Shown here in pieces: positions 18,856 to 29,091 of a DNA stretch of 64,000 nt. The DNA lies in NCBI GenBank assembly GCA_050949315.1, contig JBMNFL010000001.1, positions 512,001 to 576,000 of the forward strand, read 5' to 3'. The notes beneath the pieces were generated by a model. The model had not been told where the DNA came from and made no database searches. It was given only the letters and a program-made list of their open reading frames with translations. The stretch is from Bacilli bacterium (GTDB taxonomy: Bacteria > Bacillota_I > Bacilli_A > RFN20 > UBA1709). The position numbers and the translations under genes are program-made. Each line of letters begins with the position of its first letter. Within the stretch, counting starts at the first letter, position 1.

Positions 18856-19432
18856 CTAAACGAGGACGCCTCCCGCCTTCACTAGCAGGATAACCTACTG
18901 GTGTCACCCCAACAACTTCAACTCCCTGCGGAATAGCGAGGAGTTTTTTTAGTTCCTTGTCACGCCACATCGGCGTACCAAGCCAGCAAGTTCCTAAACC
19001 CTTTTCCGCACATAAAAGCATGAAAATAGTGATCGCGGCCGCCACCGATTGATCAGCCCAGAACAAACGATACTTGTCATACTCTTGCTCCATAGTTTTG
19101 TTGCGATTATCATTACGACAAAAAACGACAAAAGCCGGAACATTGGCCATACCCTTGTACATCTTAAGCATATTCTCTAAAACTTGACCATCATGGTGTT
19201 CAACACGGGCCTTAGACCAATATTCGTGGTGAGCACTGACTACTAAATCTGCGACTTCCTTACGTAATTTTTCATCACTCACCACAATAAAGTCCCAGGG
19301 CTGAGAATTACTACCACTTGGTGCCCTGAAGGCTAAATTAATCATTTCCTTCAATTCTTCTAGATCAATAGGATCCGCCTTATAACGGCGCACACTACAT
19401 CTTTTTAAAATCGCCTCTTTTAGTTCCATCAT
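18821..19432 (-). CDS. Nitroreductase family flavoprotein
   Basis: RCSVRRY, APSGSNSQPWDF and GLGTCW motifs. Confidence 0.92.
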   Translation of the reverse strand: MMELKEAILKRCSVRRYKADPIDLEELKEMINLAFRAPSGSNSQPWDFIVVSDEKLRKEVADLVVSAHHEYWSKARVEHHDGQVLENMLKMYKGMANVPAFVVFCRNDNRNKTMEQEYDKYRLFWADQSVAAAITIFMLLCAEKGLGTCWLGTPMWRDKELKKLLAIPQGVEVVGVTPVGYPASEGGRRPRLASQEVIHENRW

Positions 19433-20859
19433 TAGACCTCCTCACTAATAATTTCGACTGTATTTCTCGCCTCTTTACGATAAAAGAAGAGCGAGGGTAA
19501 ACTAGTAATCGCTAGTAAAATAAGGAAAACCCCAAAGGCCTTTAGACTCTCCGCACTACCATCAAAGATCAATTGATATAGGCCGCTACCACAAAGAGTA
19601 AAGAAGAGCGATCCTAGTATTGCTAAGGTGGGCAAAACATAACGTTTAAAGGGATTTAATTCCTTAAAATTACGCATAATATAAACATACATCGTGATAT
19701 AAATCGCATAGATGATAGCGCAAATAATCTCATCCATGCTGCCTAAATATTTAAATAAACCAAAGCCATTTAAGGTCGCATACCAAACAAGTAATAACAA
19801 ACACATCATAAAATAACCAAATAAAGAAGATAAAAATGAAGTTTGACACTTGGGATTTAACTTAGCAAATTGCTTAGGAGCAGGACCTAAGCCACGACAA
19901 GACATGGTATACATTCCGCGACAACAAGAAATGGCCACGCCATTAACCGTTCCTAAACACGAAACAATAATAAAAGCGATAAAGATCTTACTACCAAAGG
20001 AGCCCATAAACTTGGTAAAAGCCTCTAATGGTGCATTGGCACCTGCCATAATGGTGGCGCTGTTTCCAAGAAGAGCCGATAAGGATAAATAATAAAGCAA
20101 GTAGAAAATCAAAATGGCAATTGTCCCCCCAACCAAAGCCCGGGGTAGATTTTTCTTGGAGTCTTTTAGTTCGGCATTGATAGCTGTCGCACAAACCCAA
20201 CCTTCATAGGCGAAAGAGGTTTTCTTAACCGCCTCCCCAAACTGCAAGGGATAGGCTGAGCCATCCGCTCTTGTTCCTAATACTGTAAAAGCGTTAGTGA
20301 TGCCAACATCACTTTCTAGAATAAAAGAAGCTAAAAGCCCGATAAAGGCTATAACTAAAATAGGGACCAATTTAATAATGGTGGCCGAAACCTGAAAACG
20401 CGAAGAAAGCCGCGGAGCTAGATAATTTAAAATGGCAAAAAAAGTGATGAGAACAAAAGCAACAATCAAGTTTTGGTAGGAGGCTATACCATAATTTAAA
20501 CCAAGTAAAGAAAATAAATAAGACCCTGCTATCAAAGCGACAATAGAAGCAACAATGGGATAATAAAGTGTTGTCATCACCCAGGCCAAATGATAACCAA
20601 CCCTTTTATTAGAAACACTTTCTACATAATCAACGACACCATTAAATTTACTGACTTTGGTGGCAAAGATGGCAAAGCAAAAAGCTGAGACAATCATGAC
20701 TGCCCCACCGACAAACCAGGCCAGCAAAGAGAATTTCAAATCGCCACCGGCAGTTTCTAAGACGCCTCCTGCTTTGACAAAGACGCCAGAACCAACGACA
20801 ATACCGACAACCATTGCTATACCGGTCCAAAGACCATACTTCTTTTTCAGTTTTTCCAT
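19432..20859 (-). CDS. APC superfamily amino-acid permease
   Basis: GIVVGSGVF, FAYEGW and AELKDSKKNLPRA motifs; about 12 TM segments. Confidence 0.9.
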   Translation of the reverse strand: MEKLKKKYGLWTGIAMVVGIVVGSGVFVKAGGVLETAGGDLKFSLLAWFVGGAVMIVSAFCFAIFATKVSKFNGVVDYVESVSNKRVGYHLAWVMTTLYYPIVASIVALIAGSYLFSLLGLNYGIASYQNLIVAFVLITFFAILNYLAPRLSSRFQVSATIIKLVPILVIAFIGLLASFILESDVGITNAFTVLGTRADGSAYPLQFGEAVKKTSFAYEGWVCATAINAELKDSKKNLPRALVGGTIAILIFYLLYYLSLSALLGNSATIMAGANAPLEAFTKFMGSFGSKIFIAFIIVSCLGTVNGVAISCCRGMYTMSCRGLGPAPKQFAKLNPKCQTSFLSSLFGYFMMCLLLLVWYATLNGFGLFKYLGSMDEIICAIIYAIYITMYVYIMRNFKELNPFKRYVLPTLAILGSLFFTLCGSGLYQLIFDGSAESLKAFGVFLILLAITSLPSLFFYRKEARNTVEIISEEV

Positions 20860-20941
20860 TCCATAACCCCTATAAGAGAGATTTTACCCTATTTTTAATA
20901 TTTATTAAACCCCAACTTCTTGTATGTGTTAATTTTTATAA

Positions 20942-21835
20942 TCACTCAGCCAATATTTTCAAATACCAATCTAATCTTGCATTAACATAAGTTGCAAATA
21001 AAGTCTCCATCGCTGATAGATTTTGTTTACTCTGATATTCATCAAAGGCCTTGTAATAGGCTGTTCTATCCGTAAATTTAATGTCTATGGGCGGAAAACC
21101 TGCTTTCATTAATTCCAAATTTATCAACAATCTTCCGGTTCTTCCATTACCATCAATAAAGGGATGAATTCTTTCAAACTCAAGATGAAAACGGGCTAAT
21201 TTTGTTATGATATGCTCTTTACTTGCCAAAAAACTTTCTAATAACTGTTGCATTTTATTCTCTATCAAATAAGGCTGAGCGGGTTTATATTGGGCCCCAA
21301 AAATATAAACTGGAACTCGACGGTAAACACCACGATCCTCTTTTTTATCGGCAAGAACAAAATAATGAATTTGTTTAATAATGCTCTCACTCATTGAAAC
21401 ATTATCTTTCACAAGCGTAAGCACAAAATCAAAGGCCTCTTTGTGACCGACTGCCTCTAGATGATCTTTTAGAGGTTTACGAGCAATAGTCAATCCCTTT
21501 AAAACTAAATCAGTTTCCTTTAAAGTTAAAGTGTTACCTTCAATCGCATTTGAATTGTAGGTATACTCAATAATAAACTCTTCGCTTAACCTTTGCACTT
21601 CTCCTTCGGTTAATGGTCTCTTCTTATCAAGTTCGGCTTTTTTACGATCAATTTGTGATAAAAGACTTGCTTTTGACTTATAACGACCATCAGCGGGTTT
21701 TACGGCATCGCTAGGTATTTTCCAAGCTCGCCCTTCTTGATAGGCCCCTAAAATCTTGCCTTCAGAACAAAGGACTCTTATTCGTCTATCAGAAATCCTC
21801 CATTTTTCAGCAGCTTGTTTTACTGTCATAAACAT
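20942..21835 (-). CDS. Fic-domain protein with N-terminal excisionase/MerR-like HTH
   Basis: HPFIDGNGRTGR catalytic motif; SNAIEGN inhibitory motif; N-terminal TVKQAAEKW.IS.RRIR.LC..G.I.GA...W.IP HTH. Confidence 0.9.
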   Translation of the reverse strand: MFMTVKQAAEKWRISDRRIRVLCSEGKILGAYQEGRAWKIPSDAVKPADGRYKSKASLLSQIDRKKAELDKKRPLTEGEVQRLSEEFIIEYTYNSNAIEGNTLTLKETDLVLKGLTIARKPLKDHLEAVGHKEAFDFVLTLVKDNVSMSESIIKQIHYFVLADKKEDRGVYRRVPVYIFGAQYKPAQPYLIENKMQQLLESFLASKEHIITKLARFHLEFERIHPFIDGNGRTGRLLINLELMKAGFPPIDIKFTDRTAYYKAFDEYQSKQNLSAMETLFATYVNARLDWYLKILAE

Positions 21836-21860
21836 AACAAAGCCCTCCAATTTTTTATCT

Positions 21861-21928
21861 ATTATAACTATTTATCGGAATAATAGCAAGAGTATCGGAA
21901 TAATATTTTCGCATTTAGCGGAACAATG
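21861..21928 (-). promoter_or_regulatory. Fic promoter overlapped by direct repeats
   Basis: TTGCTA-17-TATAAT; TATCGGAATAATA at 21873-21885 and 21893-21905, degenerate copy at 21916-21928. Confidence 0.65.
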
Positions 21929-21952
21929 ATAACAAGATAGCTAATATCTAGA

Positions 21953-21982
21953 AAGAAAAGTCCGACATCGTTATCGGACTTA
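21953..21982 (-). terminator. Terminator of pst/pho operon
   Basis: AAGTCCGA...TCGGACTT hairpin followed by TTCTTT on minus strand. Confidence 0.75.
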
Positions 21983-22019
21983 GTATTTGAGATGTATAGA
22001 TTTAATATAATCTCAATAC

Positions 22020-23690
22020 CTATTTAGAGGTTTTAGTTTTGACAAAATCAATGGTAAATTCACTGCCCTCATTTATTTTAGATTTTACTGAAATATTAAA
22101 GTCATGTCTTTCACATATATGCTTAACAATAGCTAGTCCTAAGCCTGTTCCACCCAAGGCCTTGCTCTTGGCCTTATCAACCCGATAAAATCTTTCAAAG
22201 ATATGCTTTCTATCTTCTTCAGACATGCCTACCCCAGTATCTTTTATGACAAAGGAATTCTTTGTTAATTTGATATCTATTTGTCCATTCAACTTATTAT
22301 ATTTAATGGCATTATCAATTAGATTTCTAATAAGTTCATCGGCATATTTTTTATCAATATTTATATAATTATCTTCTAAATCTAAATTTACTTTAATGGT
22401 TTTTTCTTCAAGTTTGTTTTTATAAATTTCTAACAACTCTAACACTATTGATTTAATATTTAATAATTCAAAATTAACTGGTTCTTTATGTTCAATTTTT
22501 GATAGACTTAACATATCGATTACAATATCGTTCATCCTATTGGCTTCTTTAATACTCTTTTTAGAACACTCAATTATTTCCTCAGGCTCCTGAACAATGC
22601 CCTCAGTTATCATTTGCTGGTAACCAATAATACTAGTCAAGGGTGACTTTAACTCATGAGAGGCATTAGCAAAGAAGTCTTTTTTAGTTTGTTCTAACAT
22701 TATCTGTTCTGTTATATCATCGAAGATGATTATAACCCCATTCTTTAACCAAGTTTTATTGGTGAATTCAATGTTTACTAAATAGACTTGATCATTAATT
22801 TTAATCTGTATTTTATTATCTTCATTTTTACTTAAACAATCATCAATGACATTTTGTAACTTCTTATCTCTTATCGCATACAGATAGTTTTTATTTATCG
22901 TCCCTTTTTCGGTAAGTTTCATTATCCTGATGAAATCGTTATTAAATAGTTGAATTCTCTTATTACTATCAACAACTAATATCGGCTTATTAATCGTGTT
23001 GATAACATCTAAAAGTTTAGATTTCTCATTGGATATTTTCATAATTTTCTCATCTATATTGTCTTTTATAAGTTCAATAATCGCGGGTAGGGCATCAACA
23101 TCAACGCTACCTATCCCCGTTTCCCTATCGGCAATTTTCACTAGCTCGGTAAGTTTTTGATTGACGGGTATTAAATATTTTTTAGTCGTTAAGGAAATCA
23201 AATAAGTTGATAAGGCAACTAAAACCAGCAAGATAATAATACCCGCGGTAATATAGGTATCAATTAACTTATTAATTTCATTAGTAGGAAAGGAGATCCT
23301 AACATAATTGCCATCATCAAAAGCGGCTATATATAACATCTCGCGCTTTAAGCTACTAGAATACCTTATGCATATTTTACCTAAGTTTAAGATTTCTTCT
23401 CTAGTTAGATGTGATTCTTCAATATTGTCCAAAGATGAATCTAAGATTACTTTACCCTCAGTATCGATGATTGTTAAGCGAATATTTTCATCAACTGTTG
23501 TTATTCTTTCTAAGAGTTCTTCTTCATTAGAGCCATCATAAATTGAAGTCGCTAAATTTAAATAGTTCGTAGCTCGATAGTTCACATCATCACTATTTAA
23601 TTTATTTATAATAATGGCTGAAAGAATTAATAGTACACTCAAAGAGATGGAAACTATTAAGATGTTAATTAAAATTAATTTCTTTTTCAT
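22020..23690 (-). CDS. phoR: Phosphate regulon sensor histidine kinase
   Basis: ASHELKSPLT H-box, NAIKYN, DTGVG and GGTGLGLAIVKH; PAS-like region; pst operon context. Confidence 0.88.
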   Translation of the reverse strand: MKKKLILINILIVSISLSVLLILSAIIINKLNSDDVNYRATNYLNLATSIYDGSNEEELLERITTVDENIRLTIIDTEGKVILDSSLDNIEESHLTREEILNLGKICIRYSSSLKREMLYIAAFDDGNYVRISFPTNEINKLIDTYITAGIIILLVLVALSTYLISLTTKKYLIPVNQKLTELVKIADRETGIGSVDVDALPAIIELIKDNIDEKIMKISNEKSKLLDVINTINKPILVVDSNKRIQLFNNDFIRIMKLTEKGTINKNYLYAIRDKKLQNVIDDCLSKNEDNKIQIKINDQVYLVNIEFTNKTWLKNGVIIIFDDITEQIMLEQTKKDFFANASHELKSPLTSIIGYQQMITEGIVQEPEEIIECSKKSIKEANRMNDIVIDMLSLSKIEHKEPVNFELLNIKSIVLELLEIYKNKLEEKTIKVNLDLEDNYINIDKKYADELIRNLIDNAIKYNKLNGQIDIKLTKNSFVIKDTGVGMSEEDRKHIFERFYRVDKAKSKALGGTGLGLAIVKHICERHDFNISVKSKINEGSEFTIDFVKTKTSK

Positions 23691-24355
23691 TTCTGTATTT
23701 TATATCCTAGTCCGTAGACGGTTTTAATCATTTTGTGCTTGTCACCAAATTTACTTCTTATTGACTTGATATGCATATCAAGGGTGCGGCTTTCAACTAT
23801 TTGATCACTTTCCCAAATAGTTTGGAATAATTCTTCACGCGTCGCCACATCCCCATCTTTTTCCAAAAGCAAGGTCAAGATATCAAACTCTTTATTGGTC
23901 AATTCTACATCTTTGTTATCAACTAGACAGGTTCTAGAATTAACATCAAGGATAACCCCATTGACATCAAAGACTTTTTTCCTTTTAAAGCGCCTAGTTT
24001 TAGCCGCCACTCTACTCATCAATTCTAATAGATCAAAGGGCTTTTCAATATAGTCATCCGCCCCCAAATCAAAACCATCCACTTTATCCATAATCATATG
24101 ATTGGCGGAGATGATGATAATCTCAATATCATCATTAGAACTATCACTTCTTATTTTTTTAAGAATCTCTTGACCACTCATATCTGGTAACATCATATCT
24201 AATAAAATAATATGGGGTTTTTCCTCGTTAAAGGCTTTAAAAAAAGTTCGGGCATTATAATAGGTTTTAACAACATATCCCTGTTTTGATAAGGTTTTGT
24301 TAATAATTAACGCAATATCTTTATCATCTTCAATAGAATATATTAAAAAATCCAT
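23687..24355 (-). CDS. phoP: OmpR-family response regulator of the Pho regulon
   Basis: Receiver domain (IEDD, LLDMMLP, KPF) plus winged-helix domain; lies between phoU and phoR. Confidence 0.82.
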   Translation of the reverse strand: MDFLIYSIEDDKDIALIINKTLSKQGYVVKTYYNARTFFKAFNEEKPHIILLDMMLPDMSGQEILKKIRSDSSNDDIEIIIISANHMIMDKVDGFDLGADDYIEKPFDLLELMSRVAAKTRRFKRKKVFDVNGVILDVNSRTCLVDNKDVELTNKEFDILTLLLEKDGDVATREELFQTIWESDQIVESRTLDMHIKSIRSKFGDKHKMIKTVYGLGYKIQK

Positions 24356-24366
24356 ATTAACCCTCC

Positions 24367-24996
24367 TTAAAAGATTTTTTTGTCTTTATGGTAGCCCTTA
24401 ACAATATATATCACCCACTCCGCGATATTGACAGAATGATCGGCTATTCTCTCCAAATATTTTACCACTAATGTGTTATAAATGGCAAAAGAAATATCTT
24501 TCTCTTCTAAATTGATATACTCGTTGATTATCTTATCATATTCACTATCAACATAGTCATCTCTATTTATGACTTCTTGAGCAAGCACAAGATCCTTGTT
24601 GATATAGGCCCTTACGACATCCTCAAACATTTTTAAGACATAAACCGATAATTGATCAAGACTATGGATGGGTTTATCCGTATTCTTGGCTTTTAAGGCC
24701 AAAGAATGAATATCCTCGGCATGATCAGCGATTCTTTCAATATCCGCTATTAATTTTAAAACACCGGTGACTTCTTTTAAATCTCTGGCATAAGGTCTTT
24801 CTTTTAGTAAAATATGCAGGCAAAGGCTTTCAATTGCCCTTTCATATTGATCGACTAAATCATCATTGATATTTACCTCTTCAGCCTCAATTTTGCCAAA
24901 GTAAAAATCTATAGCCGCTTTTATGTTTTCTATAGTCGTATCGCACATCGTAAACAACATCTGATTTAGTTGTTCTAACAATCTCTGTAATTTCAT
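24367..24996 (-). CDS. phoU: Phosphate signalling protein PhoU
   Basis: Two ERIADH motifs, DDxVD repeats. Confidence 0.93.
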   Translation of the reverse strand: MKLQRLLEQLNQMLFTMCDTTIENIKAAIDFYFGKIEAEEVNINDDLVDQYERAIESLCLHILLKERPYARDLKEVTGVLKLIADIERIADHAEDIHSLALKAKNTDKPIHSLDQLSVYVLKMFEDVVRAYINKDLVLAQEVINRDDYVDSEYDKIINEYINLEEKDISFAIYNTLVVKYLERIADHSVNIAEWVIYIVKGYHKDKKIF

Positions 24997-25008
24997 ATAA
25001 TTACTCTC

Positions 25009-25782
25009 CTATCCAAATCTACCGGTAATATAATCTTCGGTCTTTTCATTCTGTGGGTTAGCAAACAATTCACTAGTTTCTCCCATTTCTATTACCTCTC
25101 CTAGCAGGAAGAAGGCGGTATAATCGGAGATTCTTGCGGCTTGCTGCATGTTATGGGTAACGATAATTATCGTATAGTCTTGTTTTAATTCATCAATAAG
25201 CTCTTCAATTTTAGAAGTGGCGATGGGATCAAGCGCACTAGTTGGCTCATCCATCAGGATAACTTCCGGTTGGATGGCAATGGCTCTAGCAATACACAGC
25301 CTTTGTTGCTGACCACCTGATAAACCTAAGGCATTGTCCTTTAATCTATCCTTAACCTCATCATATAGGGAGGCTTTCTTAAGGGAAGTGGTAACAATTT
25401 CTTTTAAAGTGGCCTTATCCTTTATCCCATTACATCTTGGTCCATAAGCGACATTATCAAAAATTGACATAGGGAAGGGATTAGGACTTTGAAACACCAT
25501 GCCTACCTTGGTCCTTAACTCTACTGGATTCATCTCATTGATGTTGATATTTTTATAGAAGATATCGCCATCAATACGACAATTATCATACAGGTCATTC
25601 ATCCTATTTAAACATCTTAGCAGTGTTGATTTACCACAACCTGATGGTCCAATAAAAGCCGTAACCCTACTGTGTTTTATTTCCATATTTATATCTTTTA
25701 ATACATGATTGTCACCATAATGTAAATTTAGGTTCTTAATGATGAAATCATATTCTTGATTGTTTTCCATTTTAGCCTCCAT
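25009..25782 (-). CDS. pstB: Phosphate ABC transporter ATPase
   Basis: [22 protein letters not shown] and [10 protein letters not shown] motifs. Confidence 0.97.
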   Translation of the reverse strand: MEAKMENNQEYDFIIKNLNLHYGDNHVLKDINMEIKHSRVTAFIGPSGCGKSTLLRCLNRMNDLYDNCRIDGDIFYKNININEMNPVELRTKVGMVFQSPNPFPMSIFDNVAYGPRCNGIKDKATLKEIVTTSLKKASLYDEVKDRLKDNALGLSGGQQQRLCIARAIAIQPEVILMDEPTSALDPIATSKIEELIDELKQDYTIIIVTHNMQQAARISDYTAFFLLGEVIEMGETSELFANPQNEKTEDYITGRFG

Positions 25783-27004
25783 TATTTTTCAATTGTCGCT
25801 TACTTATTAATTTTACAGACGTTGACATAACAAAAACCACTATTAATATTATAATCGAAATCGCCGCCGCTTGTCCAAAATTAGGACTCTCACCACTGGT
25901 TATATTCCAGATATGCAAAGATAGCGAGGTCGATTGACCAAATAAGCTTACCTCATCACTGATATTTGAACCCATAACAAAAAGTAAGGCGGCGGATTCA
26001 CCGATGATCCTACCAATCGATAATAAGGTGGCTTGTAAGATGCCTGGGAAAGCATTAGGTAGTATCACCTTAAATACTGTTTGGGTTTTAGAAGCTCCTA
26101 GTGACAAAGAGGCCATTTGATAGGACAGTGGTATAACAAGGAGGGATTCCGCTGTTGTCTTAGTTATAACTGGCAATAAGACAATGGACATCGTTAAGGC
26201 CCCAGCAAGAATAGTATAGCCACTAGAAGCTCCTAGCTTAGTAACAAAAGGAATAAAGATTATGGCGCCGACAAAGCCAAAGATAATGGATGGTACACCT
26301 GATGTCATATCAATCATGCTGACAATAGCCCTTTTAAATTTACTTTCTTTGGCATACAAGACAATGTATATGGCCGCTCCTATTCCAATGGGTAGAGCGA
26401 TTATCAAGGTGGTAATTATCAGAATAATAGTGGTAAGAAGCGAACCTCTTATCCCCCCGCCTTGGCTTTCAATTTGCAAGGAATCAATTTTTGTAAGGCG
26501 ATCTAAAGCCTCTATGTAATCTTCTAAATCATCACCATTTGAGGCCATAACAAAGACCCCAAATTCATCTTCACCCATCATTAAATTCAAACTGCTGCCA
26601 ACTTCAATATCTACAACACTATCTTTTAAGTCCGTATTATCGATACAGATTGAATTTTTAAAAGGTGAGTTTTCGTCAAGATATTCTATAACGATGATTC
26701 TTTCCCCTGAATTGTCTTTGCCATCTTCAATAGCAACACCGAAATTAGAGGAAAAATACTCATATTTATCATCGGGATTTTCAAATTTTCTATCACTTTC
26801 AATTCGCACGGTAGTTAACTCTATCTTATAGTCGGATACCAACATCTTAAACGATAAGTTTGGTAAACCGCCAATAAAAATAAAGGCCAAAATCGCCGCT
26901 AAAACAAGCACGCCAAAAAAGGCGGAAATATAAGTCAATACATTTCTGATTCTGTCTACTAATTTTCTTTTTTTCAAGAATTTCTCTCTATCTACATTCA
27001 TCAT
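25772..27004 (-). CDS. pstA: Phosphate ABC transporter permease PstA with large extracytoplasmic insert
   Basis: GVPSIIFG and [10 protein letters not shown] motifs; about 130-aa hydrophilic insert after TM1. Confidence 0.9.
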   Translation of the reverse strand: MMNVDREKFLKKRKLVDRIRNVLTYISAFFGVLVLAAILAFIFIGGLPNLSFKMLVSDYKIELTTVRIESDRKFENPDDKYEYFSSNFGVAIEDGKDNSGERIIVIEYLDENSPFKNSICIDNTDLKDSVVDIEVGSSLNLMMGEDEFGVFVMASNGDDLEDYIEALDRLTKIDSLQIESQGGGIRGSLLTTIILIITTLIIALPIGIGAAIYIVLYAKESKFKRAIVSMIDMTSGVPSIIFGFVGAIIFIPFVTKLGASSGYTILAGALTMSIVLLPVITKTTAESLLVIPLSYQMASLSLGASKTQTVFKVILPNAFPGILQATLLSIGRIIGESAALLFVMGSNISDEVSLFGQSTSLSLHIWNITSGESPNFGQAAAISIIILIVVFVMSTSVKLISKRQLKNNGG

Positions 27005-27906
27005 TTTGTTTCTAACTTTCTTTTAATTGCATTTAAAGTAACACTAGTTAATAAAATTATAAACATTAAGACGACTCCAACACTAAATCTAATATCATAA
27101 TCAAGACCTGAGGATTCATGTAGACCTAACATCATCGTCGATGTTAAAGTTCTTGTTATATCAAACAGGTTTAAATTTGGTCCAGTAATAGCATTGCCAC
27201 AGACCATTGATACGGCAGTGGCTTCACCCAAGGCGCGACCAACCCCGAGTATTATAGCGGCAAAGATACCGGATTTCGCCCCATTTATGACGATCTTAAA
27301 ATCGGTCTGAGCCTTAGTGGCTCCTAAAGCTAGCGAAGCATGTATTTGATCTTGCCTAACCGCTTCCATAGAGGTAATTGAGATCATCGTAATTGTCGGT
27401 ATCATCATAATAATTAAAACTATCACGGTTGATAGACCCGAGGTCCCACCAGCCGTTTGAATATTAAATAAATTACCAATATTTTTTACTACAAAATTTA
27501 TAACCGCCATACCAAACAAACCATATATGATAGAGGGGATTGAGGCTAGTAACTCAATGACACTTTTTATGGAAGCACTCAACCTTTTAGGGGCAATCCT
27601 TACGATAAACAAGGCCGTTAAGATAGAAATGGGCGAAGATACTAAGGTAGCTATTAAAGTTAAATAAAGGGTATTAATCAGCATCCCTAATATCCCATAA
27701 TTCCCCGCGGTCCAAGTAAAGCCGGTTATAAACTTCAAAAGGGAAGCGTTCCCGCTTCCCTGATAATCATTGATAAACGGACTAATTCCTTTTATAAAGA
27801 TAAACAAAACAATTATTACTATCGCTGAGGCTGCAACAAGCCCAATTACCATGAATATAAATTGTACTACTTTGTCTATCTTTAATTTTAATTCGGTTTT
27901 TTTCAA
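27001..27906 (-). CDS. pstC: Phosphate ABC transporter permease PstC
   Basis: ELLASIPSIIYG and GRALGEATAV motifs. Confidence 0.93.
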   Translation of the reverse strand: MKKTELKLKIDKVVQFIFMVIGLVAASAIVIIVLFIFIKGISPFINDYQGSGNASLLKFITGFTWTAGNYGILGMLINTLYLTLIATLVSSPISILTALFIVRIAPKRLSASIKSVIELLASIPSIIYGLFGMAVINFVVKNIGNLFNIQTAGGTSGLSTVIVLIIMMIPTITMISITSMEAVRQDQIHASLALGATKAQTDFKIVINGAKSGIFAAIILGVGRALGEATAVSMVCGNAITGPNLNLFDITRTLTSTMMLGLHESSGLDYDIRFSVGVVLMFIILLTSVTLNAIKRKLETK

Positions 27907-27920
27907 TTGCTGTAGGCCAA

Positions 27921-27941
27921 AAAATAGGCTTGGGCCTATTT
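27921..27941 (-). terminator. pstS-pstC intergenic stem-loop (attenuator/mRNA stabiliser)
   Basis: AAATAGGC-N4-GCCTATTT hairpin directly after the pstS stop. Confidence 0.6.
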
Positions 27942-28908
27942 ATTTGACATCACTCCATTTAATATTTTCTGTTGAATAAACTGTTTTCGCATTTGCCTTA
28001 GTGATTCCTTTAATCGGGTTAGCTTTGTTAACAATAATGGCAATACCATCAATACAAATGGTGCCATAGGTGTTTTTAGCAGCAGGTTCTTCTCCAGGAC
28101 TTGCTTCTGTACCTAACTTGATGTCTCTAGATAAGAAGCCAATATGTAATTTGTTTTGAGAATCCTTTTCTGAGCCTTGCGTTCTCTTATAAGCATCACC
28201 AGAACCGGTATGGTTATGGTTAGCAGTAAAGCTTGAACAAACATTGGCAAAGGCCTCGGTTAATTTAGTTGCAATACCTTGAACTGATGTTGATCCACCT
28301 AAGAAAATAGTGGTCTTAGTTGTATTCTGGCAAGCAGCTTTGACATCAGCATTATCGGCTTCCTCAACAATGACACTCCATTTTTTAGCAGCATCAAGTT
28401 TTTCGCTAGAAACAATGCCATCCTTAGATTTGACAATTGCTAAACCTTCCTTAGAATTCATGTACAATAAGAAGCCTTTAACCAAAACTTTTTCAGTATC
28501 ACTCATATCATCATCGGCTCTACGGATGTAGTTAAAGTTTCTCGTTAGTTTATAATCTCCACTTAAAACATTTGCTTCTGTTGGTTTAACGCCATCAAAC
28601 TCTAAAGCCTTTACTTTAGTAGTTACGGAGGCTAACGATACGTAACCAATACCATATTCATCGCCTGCAATACTTTCTAACATTGCTCCATTGGAAGCTA
28701 CAATAACCGCACCGGGGATTTTTGTGTTATCTTTTTGGGCTTCTTTATAACCAATTTTTTCAAAGAACCCCTCTCTTGTACCTGATGTGGTGTCACGACT
28801 ATACTTTTTCACGGCAGAATCCTTTTTGAAACCGCCACAGGCTGTTAGTGTAAATACTAATGCAAATACTGTAGTAATAGCCATCATTAATTTAGAACGT
28901 TTTTTCAT
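27940..28908 (-). CDS. pstS: Phosphate-binding lipoprotein (lobe order permuted)
   Basis: Lipobox LTAC; SRDTTSGTR, IGYVS, GGSTSV, TGSG and DGIAIIVN motifs. Confidence 0.88.
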   Translation of the reverse strand: MKKRSKLMMAITTVFALVFTLTACGGFKKDSAVKKYSRDTTSGTREGFFEKIGYKEAQKDNTKIPGAVIVASNGAMLESIAGDEYGIGYVSLASVTTKVKALEFDGVKPTEANVLSGDYKLTRNFNYIRRADDDMSDTEKVLVKGFLLYMNSKEGLAIVKSKDGIVSSEKLDAAKKWSVIVEEADNADVKAACQNTTKTTIFLGGSTSVQGIATKLTEAFANVCSSFTANHNHTGSGDAYKRTQGSEKDSQNKLHIGFLSRDIKLGTEASPGEEPAAKNTYGTICIDGIAIIVNKANPIKGITKANAKTVYSTENIKWSDVK

Positions 28909-28944
28909 GTTATATCTCTTTCCTTTCCTTTCTTAGACACCCAC

Positions 28945-29009
28945 ATTATATATTCATTGTAAATTTTAAAAAATCATATCAAAGTAAAGAATTGTAAAGA
29001 GGTTGTAAA
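28945..29009 (-). promoter_or_regulatory. pstS promoter with Pho-box-like direct repeats
   Basis: -10 TATAAT at 28945-28950; minus-strand TTTACA/TTTACT hexamers at 28958, 28983, 28993 and 29004 (10-11 bp period), matching the Bacillus PhoP TT(A/T/C)ACA repeat. Confidence 0.7.
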
Positions 29010-29091
29010 GGAAAAGCCTGATACTTTGTATCAGACCTGCTTTTTCTAAATATTAGGACTCTCTTTACTATAAATAAAATGATTTTATTTA

